A stretch of DNA of 64,000 nt, taken from the NCBI RefSeq assembly GCF_006345805.1, contig NC_043000.1, positions 107,384,001-107,448,000 on the forward strand. The letters run 5' to 3'. The translations under genes and the position numbers were made by a program. The DNA comes from Octopus sinensis (Eukaryota). Below, piece by piece: positions 52,870 to 64,000 of the stretch (positions are counted from its first letter, which is position 1; each line of letters opens with the position of its first letter). Under the pieces are notes generated by a model. That model saw only the letters and a list, made by a program, of their open reading frames with translations, was not told the DNA's origin and made no database searches.

Positions 52870-55800
52870 ATAAATTCATGAATGAATGTTGTTTTCACAG
52901 CGATAATGCTCTTCTCAGTACATGAGCCATTCCAGTTAATACTATTTTTTGCACTTCCTGTAGGGATGGTAAGCCTGGTATCATTTTCAAATAGGTTTCA
53001 GTACCTTTTTAAAAATCATTCCTAGAGATCCTACAATCACTGGTACTGTAGTCGCCTTGAGATGCCACATTTTTTCAATTTCTATTAGCAAGTCTTTATA
53101 TTTACTGATCTTGTTAAATTCTTTCGCTGCTATATTGTGATCGCAAGGAATACTCATGTCAATTAATAAACACACCTTTTTTGTCTGTTCTTTTATAATA
53201 ATATCTGGTTTATTAGCTTTTATAGTTTTGTCGGTATGTACAGGGAAGTCCCAGAGAATCGACACATTTTATCCCTCAGTCACAGCTTCAGGATGGTGTT
53301 TATACCATGTGTCAGCGGATTTGATTTTATAATGCCGACATATTGTCCAGTGTAAATACTGGCCGACTCTGTCATGTCTTGATTTATATTCTGAGATTAG
53401 GTTGTCTATAGTTTAAATCTCATTGTTACAGAATCGGCATTTTGGGTCAGCTCCATTTTTCATCACAATGGCTTGGTAGCTCCGGGTTAATAAGCTTTGG
53501 TCTTGAGCAGCTAATATGAAACATTCAATCTCTGTTTTTAGCTCTGAGCTTCGTAACCATTGGTATGTGTGTTTCTGGTCGACATCAGCTTGTTTGCTAG
53601 GGCCACATACTTGCCGTGCAGAGGTTTCTGTTCCCATCTGCTAGCTAATTTTTCATGCGCTTTTGCCTTTGGATGGTGCATCTTATTACAAGTCAGTAGC
53701 TTGCGGATTTTTCTATCAGTTTTCATTATTTCACTGGTATTCCAGTTAAGCACATTGAAGCTATAAAGAACAACTGGGACTGCTAAGGAATTTATGCCTA
53801 ACACCTTATTATATGCATTCAGCTCAGACTTCAGGACTTCTCGAACTCTTCTATAACATTCATTCCTAACTTTCTCTTTCATGCTTGCATGCTGGATACC
53901 AGAGTCTTCATTTATTCCTAGGTATTTATATGTTTGTTCCTGCTCAAGTTCCTTTATTACTGCTTCCACATCTAATTAGTTTGAACTTGACTTTACCAAT
54001 TTCCCTTTCTTAAAAGTGGCTTTGGCACACTTTTCAAGGCCAAACTCCATCCCGGTATCATCACTGAATCCTTCCACAGTATGTAGTAGTCCTTCAAGCT
54101 CTTCATCATCTTTGTCATATAGTTTTAAATCATCCATATAAAATAGATGGCTTATTTTCCTGTTGTCAATTTTGTAGCCATACCCTGTTCTATTTAGTTC
54201 ACTTGAGAGTGGTATTAGTGCTATGCAGAAAATTAGTGGTGAAAGTGAGTCACCTTGGAAAATGCCACAGTTTATGCTAATATTGTTTGAGCGCAATACT
54301 CCATTAGAATGATATAATTGGAGCTTCGTGTTCCATAGTGACATATTATACTTTAAAAAAATCTGAAATTACAGGAGAAATTTTGAAAATGTCCAGCGAT
54401 TTCAGAATCCACGAATGTTGTATGCTGTGAAAGGCATTTTTATAATCAATCTATGAAGAGCTGAGTTTTCTGCGCTTGTTATGGCAGTTCTCAAGGATCA
54501 TGCGATTAATTAGGAGCTGATCTTTGCATCCGTATGAGCCTCGTCTGCATCGTTTTTGTTTAATGGGAAAGAGGCTATTCTCTTCCATAAACGTATATGT
54601 TTTCTCCACTAGAATAAATGTCAAAATCTTGTAGGTAGTAGACAAACATGTTATAGGCCGGTAGTTTTTTTTTGGCCTTTGGTATCGTTATTTTTGGGGA
54701 GAAGGTAAGTAATACAATTTGCCATCCAATGGAGAGTTTTTTCCGGGTCTTTCACAATACTATTAAATAGTATTACTAACATTTTGTGTGCGGACGAGAG
54801 TGATGAGAGCCAGAAAATTAGTACTCTATCAATACCAGGGAATTTCAACTTATGAGCCTTCGTTAGTGCTTTCCTTAGATCGGCGATTGAGATGTCTTCC
54901 CATACCGGTTCTTGTAAATTTTTGTAGCCATCTTGGGTGCATTTGATCCAGTCTGCATTTTCATTGTCTTGTTTCTCATCACTCCAGATCCCTTTCCAAA
55001 AGTTTTCAACCTCTTCCATTAGGGATGGATTTTCAATGGTTATTTCTTATTTCCCGACTTCCCTGTAAAATGATTTGGCATTGGATTTGAACATCTTATT
55101 TTGCTTGTAGTATTTGATTCTTTTCTCAAATCTGCGTATTCTCTGAGCTTTTGCTTGAACTTTTTAAGTGTTTCTTTCGCTGACATTCGTTCCTCTCTTG
55201 TTGAGAGTCCATATTTTCTCACAATCTTCCTGCCTTTTCTTGATCTTACACCATTTCCAGAGATTAGCTCAGTTAATATTGATATCTCCTTTTGCAATGA
55301 TTCAATCTCAGTTTCAACTCTACTCCTCCAGTTTGATTTTCTTTTCGAATTTGGTATTGCCGGCTTTTTGGGTGTTAAACAACGTCTTTCGATTACTTTA
55401 GCAACAGAGTAAATAAATTTAATTTAACTTATTAAGTTCGGGCTTTAGTTGTATGATTTCTTGTGTAACGCAGTTACCAATTTTTATTTGTGTTTTATGT
55501 TGGTGTGCATTTGAGAGTTTATGGAGTGGTTCCCTATCATTCATATTTGTATGCCCTACAACTGCAAGCTCATTCACAACTTCCTGCTTCATTTCAATGA
55601 TAGATTTTCTGTGTTGTTCAGCAAATATGTAGTCTTCAAATTTGGTTTCAACATCATTTTCCAGGCTGTTTTTTCTAGGGTCATTATATTTTCCTTTTTC
55701 TCCAGGCTCTTGAGTGGTTTCGGCAGATGGTCGGCTTTCAGTCAATGCTTGTGGTCCAATATTCTTCTCCTCTTCTTCGTTATTTTTTCCTGACTTATAT

Positions 55801-56266
55801 TTAGGTCATTCTCTACTTCTTTTTTAAATAGAGGTTAATTCTGCATCTGTGAGTCTGGTATTTCTGAAGATATCTATTCTAACATTTGCTAATCTGTTTT
55901 CATCCAGGTTTGGTCTGCTAGCTGGATTCCGGCTCCTTCAAATTCTGTAGGAGTTTCCGGTGTATTTCTCTTGGGTTGGCCTACTTAATGCAAAGTAATA
56001 AGCATATATTACTTCTTTATATTCTTCCCGGTTCCATTTAGTTCTTTTACATTTTTGATTTTGTAGGCGTTGTGGTGGTGAACTTTGGGGGCTTAATTTG
56101 GTACAAATCCCGTTTAAGTGACCTTCCAGGTTCGTATTCGGGGAAGATATTCTGCCATTTGAAAATTTTTCGCCGTCAAAAAATTTTTCGCGCTTCCTTT
56201 ATAACCATTGGACGAGTGATTCGGTGTACTGTTTGAAATTTTCTTTTCTTTTTAAGTAAAGTTAAA

Positions 56267-56268
<2 letters not shown>
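52870..56268 (-). mobile_element. Near full-length R4/Dong-like non-LTR retrotransposon (RT plus RLE endonuclease), frameshifted
   Basis: Motifs YRPITCLSTTYKILT, GIFQGDSLSPLIF, YMDDLKLY, CRFC zinc motif and ILWDFPVHTDKTIKANKPDII...LLIDMSIP. ATG near 56158 and TGA at 52895. A ~140-bp second fragment lies at about 52705-52850. Confidence 0.93.
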
Positions 56269-56349
<81 letters not shown>

Positions 56350-56476
56350 TATTATTATTATTATTACTATTACTATTACTATTATTATTATTATTATATT
56401 ATTATTATTATTATTATTATTACTATTATTACTATTATTATTATTATTATATTATTATTATTATTATTACTACTAC

Positions 56477-56519
<43 letters not shown>

Positions 56520-56547
56520 TTATTATTATTATTATTATTATTATTAT
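56269..56547. repeat. (ATT)n microsatellite abutting the R4/Dong-like element
   Basis: About 280 bp of ATT with ACT variants. Confidence 0.97.
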
Positions 56548-57019
56548 CACATCATTGTCGCTAAATTGGGAAGATTATTGGTCAACCAGATCAGGAACAA
56601 CTCCAGGTTTTATATTAGATATAATATATAGGTCAACGAATTAATAACATCGAATAATAAATATGCCAGTGAATCAATAGCATATAGATACATACGTCAT
56701 AGCTATAATATGTGGGTCAAAGCATTAATAACCCAAAGCAATTAATATTTTGCTAAAGAAAACAAATTAGGGGTTTAAAGTAATTTTGTTATACTGATTT
56801 CAATTTATGCTTAAATTATCTTTCTTGTTTTATCATATCCTGATTTTTCGAAATTAAATTCTAGTTATTTTATGCATAAGTTTTGATGAATTTGTAGCCT
56901 TTCTCCTTTTTAGGAGTTAGAGCGAACAAAGCACGTGACATCTTAATTACTTTCCCAGATCTTGTGTGTTAATGTGGAATATTGTGCATTCAGGCAAATC
57001 CTGCTATGTGTATGAACAG

Positions 57020-57115
<96 letters not shown>

Positions 57116-57276
57116 GGTGCCTGCCTGTCTGTTTGTCTGTCTGTCTGTCTATCTATGTCTCTCTCTATTTATTCATCTATCTATCGAACTTTGTATCTGA
57201 CTGGCTGTCGTTCGCGTCGTCTCGCGTAAGTTCATATATTTTGTCGTGTTTGCTCATGTATACCTACTCTTTTAGT

Positions 57277-57419
57277 CTTTTACTACTTTACTTGTTTCTG
57301 TCATTTGACTGCGGCCATGCTAGAGCACCGCCTAAATTACGGGGACGTAAACACACCAGCATCGGTTGTCAAGTGATGTTTGGGGGACAAACACAGACAC
57401 ACAAACGTATACACATACA

Positions 57420-57466
<47 letters not shown>

Positions 57467-57640
57467 CATATATACGGCGGGCTTCTTTCAGTTTTCATCT
57501 ACCAAATCCACTCATAAGACTTTGGTCGGCCCGAGGCTATAGTAGAAGACACTTGCCCAAGGTGCCACGCAGTGGGACTGAACCCGGAACCATGTGGTTG
57601 GTAAGCAAGCTACTTACCCCACAGCTACTCCTACACCTAT
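57277..57640 (-). mobile_element. SINE family B, full copy
   Basis: Reverse complement of the 60031-60432 type. Confidence 0.9.
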
Positions 57641-58049
57641 ATATTTTTGTCAGAAAAGTTTCTAATAACATCTGCTTGGCCTTTAGCGAGGCTCACCCGA
57701 AAGTTTTCCCTTTAAGAGTCAATTTTCATATTGCAAAATCTTATCTCATAAATATTTTCATCTGTCTGGAAAACAGACATGGGCATTTCAGCTAACAGTG
57801 ACAGCGTCTCTGTGTTCCAGTTAGAAATGGAATTCCTTCCATTATCGTCACCGAACACGTTGAACAAAAAAGAAAACCTTGATGCACACGCATACACACA
57901 CACACACTTGAACAACAATACGCATACTGACGCAAGCTTTCCTTCCGAACATGTGGGAAGGGAAGGCAGAAACAATGAAAACACTCATAAAAACAATGAG
58001 CAGTGCAACCATGACTATCACTGCTCCTGTCACCACCACTATCACCAAC

Positions 58050-59800
58050 AGCAATACTACCACCAACAACAATGTCACAGTCAAACTAAATAATTTTGCT
58101 TCTGTTTTAAAGCAAAAGAAATATTTAATGTCCTTCTCAAAGGAAGAACTTCTACAATGTAAACAATTATTATACAAAGAAGACAGAACCATTAAACTGA
58201 ACACCCCACAAAGCATTTTGCAAGGCATTTCCAAAAGAATTATTATTTACAAAACCCTGAACACAAAAAAATAAAAGATTAGAATAGGCCACTCACGAAA
58301 CAGTTGAGAAATGTCTACAGTCCATATGGGCTTTTAAAACATATATTGCAAGAGTCAACAGATTTGCCATGATCGAGGTAAGATTTAATACGGAAGAACG
58401 CGCAAAGGAACACTCGACAAAAACCTGGAATGCGGGGAATTTATAATGATTCCCACTTACCACGGTCGTTTGGTGACAAAGGTAAAAATTAAAAACTTGA
58501 CCCCTGAAATAGAAATAAGATGGCTGGTGTCAGCCATCTGTTATGATTTTGTGGATGAAATCAACATCTTAGAAATTACCGTACTGGAACAGTAAAATTG
58601 GATTGGACAAGGGTTGGATTTGTTAATTCAAGCAAACCAGGAGTCAATAAAAAATCTCCCAGATTTGATTCAACTTCCAGATGGCACAACCCTACATGTG
58701 GCCATTGAAGGCAGAAGGCCGCGTTGCTACCTTTGTGGTAGCAGATACCATCTCAAAAATGACTACCATCTAGCAAAGCAGCAGCAACAACAACAACAAG
58801 ACCAAAAACCGAAAGGCAAACCAGCACTGCTACCCACCGCCAGCAGCACAACTGATAAAGCAAATGAAAGAGCGCCACCAAACAAAAAGCCACCCCAACC
58901 AAACAACACCACCATCAGCGCCACGAAGTACCGAGACAACGCCATCACCATCACCACCGACAACAACAACACAAACATCCAACCCAGAAGTAAAAAAGGA
59001 AAAGACAAATCCCTCATCCCCATCAACCCATACATCACATCCCAACAACCCCCAACCAACACCAACAACAGCAACATCAACAACACAGTCACAAATTGAT
59101 CCCAGTACCTTCTCCTTCCTTCGTGTGGTTCCTCTGACATGTTGGACGAAGACGATACAGAAGAATGCCAAATGGTCACGGGAGGAGAAGAAAAAGGGTA
59201 AAGAAAAGAAGAGACACGCAATCAAACAAAGCAAGGAAATTCACCGCTTCCGAGAACACAACTCCCGCGCAAAATAAAATCATTACACCAACACTATAAT
59301 TACACAAACAGCAAATGGCCCCACAATGTTGACAGCAATAAGTATTGAGGAGGAGAACAACCAACTTTCGAATAGTAAGTGACTCTTTCTCTCTCATTCT
59401 TTTCCTATTTCTTTTGTGTGTAAAGCACAACTTTCGATAGGAACATGCTTAGAATAGGTTGTATAAATGTGCATGGCTTCGAGTCGCCTTGGAAACAAGG
59501 CTATCTGTTAAATGTCATCAAGTCACATAATGTGCATATCATAGCCATCAGTGAGACCAGACTCCACAACCTGCGGATACTCCAGCACATGTTCGGCGGA
59601 TAATTCGACATTTATTTTTCTCCGTGTCTGCCAAGAATGGGCGGAGGTGGCACCACGGTGTTTCTTCGGAAGAGTCTCGACCTCAAAGTAAGTGCATTAT
59701 TCCTAGACCCGTAGGGTAGGCTGGTCGTCTTGGATGTCGATGGCAGTAATAGGTGTGTTTTTCGACTGATAATAGTTTAGGCACCGTCCTTTACAAATCG
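58050..59800 (+). mobile_element. L1/Tx1-like LINE 5' part (ORF1 with zinc knuckle, start of ORF2 APE), degenerate
   Basis: GRRPRCYLCGSRYHLKND knuckle, and MLRIGCINVHG...IIAISETR...DP*GRLVVLDV endonuclease motifs. It is cut off by a SINE at about 59810. Confidence 0.8.
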
Positions 59801-59809
59801 GCCGGATTA

Positions 59810-59968
59810 TATCGATACCAGTATTCAACCGCTTTTTATTTTATCGACTCCGGAAGGATGAAAGGTGAAGTCAACCGCAGCGGAATTTGAACTCAGAATG
59901 TTGCGATGGACAAAATGCCACGAAATAGTTCGTCCGGCGTGCTATCGATTCTGCCAGGTCGCTGCCTT
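59810..59968 (-). mobile_element. SINE family A, degenerate
   Basis: ttttatcgactccggaaggatgaaagg...gtcgctgcctt. Confidence 0.8.
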
Positions 59969-60030
59969 TACATGTACAAACATTAATATACATTTATGAA
60001 TGCACTTTCATGTGTTACATATACAATTAT

Positions 60031-60432
60031 AGGCGCAGGAGTGGCTGTGTGGTAAGTAGCTTGCTAACCAACCACATGGTTCCGGGTTCAGTCCCACTGC
60101 ATGGCACCTTGGGCAAGTGTCTTCTGCTATAGCCCCGGGTCGACCAATGCCTTGTGAGTGGATTTGGTAGATGGAAACTGAAAGAAGCCTGTCGTATATA
60201 TGTATATATGTATGTGTGTGTATGTGTTTGTCCCCCTAGCATTGCTTGACAACCGATGCTGGTGTGTTTACGTCCCCGTCACTTAGCGGTTCGGCAAAAG
60301 AGACCGATAGAATAAGTACTGGGCTTACAAAGAATAAGTCCCGGGGTCGATTTGCTCGACTGAAAGGCGGTGCTCCAGCATGGCCGCAGTCAAATGACTG
60401 AAACAAGTAAAAGAGTAAAAAGAGCAAAAGAG
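60031..60432 (+). mobile_element. SINE family B, full copy
   Basis: aggcgcaggagtggctgtgtggtaag...ggttcagtccc through to the tail gtaaaagag repeats. Confidence 0.92.
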
Positions 60433-60896
60433 TCATTATCATTGAATGAAGTGAGATCTTATAGCTATACATAACTAATCCACATTAGGACGATATTATA
60501 TGTTCTCAGTTGTAAGCCAAACAGAACGCATAAGTATGTATTGTCTAAAATTATATAAGAGTACAATATTTATTGTTTCAATAATATTTAAATGCTTAAC
60601 TCTGCACATAATTCAACAAGTTGTATTCCAAGATATATATGTGGCATTAACATTCATATTTGTTTTGAGACATAACGTTGTATAGAGCGCACGATTTAAT
60701 TTAATATATAGTCCTTTCATAAAGACAGAGTGGCCTTTAGAATATTGATTCATTTACATTTATCCTATCAAATATGATGTGACTATGCATATATTATGTA
60801 CTTGCTCTGTTGAATTTCATTTCTCTTACAAGAGAAAAGATAAAATCACAGAAAGCAAAACACAAACTATCTGCCTGTGCGTGTGTGTGTCTGTTC

Positions 60897-61042
<146 letters not shown>

Positions 61043-61715
61043 GAATTTATTATATTGTAGCATTATAAGACTGATCATCCTCTACTAATGATTATGCATG
61101 TCTCATGTAAAACTTTATATGAAACTACAGATTATCAAAATCTGTACATCATAAAATTATTCAGTTTAATATCTGTACGCATACATTTTACTATTCTTGA
61201 GTTTCCGAGGATTGTGATATATATATAAACAGGTGGGATTGTGTTCTTCTGAGGTGAGTTAAGAAGGAAGGAAGAGCCAGGTGTGTAAATTGATGTATAG
61301 GACATGTATCTGTTTCACTCTACCATATTCCACTCTTCAGGCAATGGCTAACTCGAGTTTATGATAGAAGACATGAACAAGCTAAACAGATTGGATTCGA
61401 AGATACGTGAAAATACATATTTCCATATAAACTATCGCTGTTTAAGCTAGTTAGTGTTGCATACAGGTTTCCATATAAAATAATGCTATATTGGCTGGTT
61501 ATTTTTGTATATAGGTTTCCATATGCAATATATCCACTAAGGCTATTTATTGTTTACTTATAGGTTTCCATATTATTGCTGTTGTCCAGGCGTAGAACTT
61601 CATTTGTGTTTTCTATTCAATACAAACCTTTTGTTCGTATTGAAGAGTAATGAGTATGTACGGGAGAGATAAATAGGTATAAAGTCAGATACAAAAAATA
61701 AGAAAGAGGATGAGC

Positions 61716-61803
<88 letters not shown>

Positions 61804-61988
61804 ATTTGAGAAAGAAAGAAAATGGTAAACAATAATTATAGTTTCCGAACTGTAAAACATAGAACAGATACGAAGCTAATACAAATAATAAATATCAAAA
61901 ATAATAAAGAAATAAAAGAAAGAAAATAATCGGAGAATTAAATAAGAACAGAAACACAGCAAAACAAAAATATATAGATCCATTTGTG

Positions 61989-62035
<47 letters not shown>

Positions 62036-62673
62036 GTGACAAAGAATATATCTGTGTGTGTATGAATAAATAGAGACTATACATATGCATAGTTATGTAT
62101 CACAACATTTCCCAATATATAACAATATACTTCCTATAATACAAGCCACGAGATATACTTAATTGTTATCAAGTTTTCAAGCTCCGATTGCACAGTCTAA
62201 AGAATTGACTGATAAACGTGTGTATCTATAAAAATAAAACTGCATTAAGACGAAACGAAATTTAATCCCGAAGGAAATGCTTGCTTCCCCCTGGAAGGTT
62301 TTTAATATAATGCAATACACATACAAATATACAAACATATATACGTACATACATGCATACATATATACATATACGTACATACATACATATATACATATAT
62401 ATAAATATAAATATAAATATATATATATACAAATATACATATACATACATACATACATACATACATACATACATACATACATACATACATACATACTACA
62501 TACATATATATATATACATGTATGTATATGTATAGCCTTACGCAGATTCATAAAGGAATCATAATGCAAAATAGGACACAATGAATGTAGGCGTAGTGTG
62601 TATTTTATAATACACACACGCACACGCACACACGCACACACATGCCTGTACACTCACACACATATGTATATAT

Positions 62674-62705
<32 letters not shown>

Positions 62706-62811
62706 ATATATATATATATATACATGGGTTCATACACACTGACACATGCACACACACACACACAAACACACATTCGTATGTATATATATATATATTATAT
62801 ATATATATATT

Positions 62812-62854
<43 letters not shown>

Positions 62855-63119
62855 TCATATATTATTTATTTACACGGCACAATATATGTATTAAAGCAAC
62901 TACTAATAGTTTCCTATGCGCAAACCACATATAACGAACTAAATAAACTGAATAATAGAAGAAACGCGAAAAAACTGAGAAAGCAGCATATAGAAAACGC
63001 AGAAAGTAAACAACGGAAAACGTAAACACAAAAATTAAAATGTAAAAAAAATAATAAGTAAAAAGTTAAATGAGCTATCCATCTTAGACCTTAAATTATA
63101 AGGCTGGAAAGATATCAAG

Positions 63120-63790
63120 TCAGAATTTTATATCAATAGGCAGAATTTTCCAATTCTTCAAAATATGTTTATACATATACATGCAGTCACTGAAAATTTC
63201 TAATCTAGTGTTCAATAGAGAGCTAGGGATCTTAGATCTGAGCAGGATCTGCGCTCTTTCAGCCAAACATCCACTCACATAAGGTATGGGTTTCTCAATT
63301 ACTTTCCATCTAGTTACATGCGGTGTTTCGTTATCTTTCAAAGACCATACGTAGCTAACCACCTTCGTAGCTTTACTTTTGTCACTATCATGGAAGGAGG
63401 CTATGCGATTGGCATAGGGATTGTTAAATTCACCTTCACATAATCCAATATATATCTTCTAATCAGTTGTATTATTATTGAGGGTTGCAGTAACTTCTGC
63501 CTTATATATGACAGATTTAATCATACATTGCTAGTCAAGTGGACAGGATCCTGGGTCGCGACAGTTGCAACTGGATTTAGGCTCTTGGTATTGACCACGT
63601 GTAGTGATACTCTTCAGATTGGGGCTGCAGCTATATAATAATTTCACAGAACGCCTATTAAATAATTTCCCGTTTCTGTGAGTTGCAGGAAAGTGTTTGT
63701 CTCCAAAAATTTACTTCCTTCCGGTCAGTTGAACATGTGCAACCGTTAACCTAGACACGGGTTTTTCTCCATATTTTCTCTCTCCATCTG
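63120..63790 (-). mobile_element. Penelope-like (Neptune-type) GIY-YIG fragment
   Basis: VIYKAEVTATL...KIYIGLCEGEF...SYVWSLKDNETPHVTRWKVIEK, with stops. Confidence 0.8.
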
Positions 63791-64000
63791 TTTTTCTCTC
63801 CTCATTCCTTTCTGTAGAAACGTCAAAGACATCTTCCACTTTTCCTGGACGTCAAATAATTAATACACCCAGTTTTTCGATCCCTCACCTGTCTCTGTCA
63901 TTTGTTTTTTGTTTTTATTGCATTATTTTGAAGCATATATATATATTTTTCGGACGAATCAGGTCCCTATTAGTGTATACGTTTTCTTTCATATGCGTTA

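Overview
AT-rich eukaryotic DNA dense in microsatellites and transposons. The SINE families and repeat load point to a coleoid cephalopod, probably Octopus (inference). Most ORF-track entries are translations of simple repeats or of decayed transposons. Transposon remains include a maT/Tc1-mariner transposase, a hAT transposase, two Penelope-like elements, two R4/Dong-like LINEs, RTE, L2/CR1 and L1/Tx1 LINEs, at least three tRNA-derived SINE families and several MITEs. Reading splice sites by eye gives a phase-consistent plus-strand exon chain that the ORF track does not show: 20029-20098, 20509-20584, 21431-21542, 25568-25743 and 28190-28303, possibly preceded by 13767-13812 and followed by 40971-41027. 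It encodes an unidentified protein of about 216 aa. The main oddity is a 5-kb array of about 88-89 copies of a 57-bp unit (14999-20054). The unit is the intron/exon junction of exon 20029-20098. Each copy carries an AG acceptor, 40 nt that read in the exon frame, and in most copies a GT in the same phase as the real exon's donor. The array could therefore be a bank of mutually exclusive mini-exons, a run of poison or recursive splice sites, or a neutral minisatellite. All gene calls are manual, with no database or RNA evidence.
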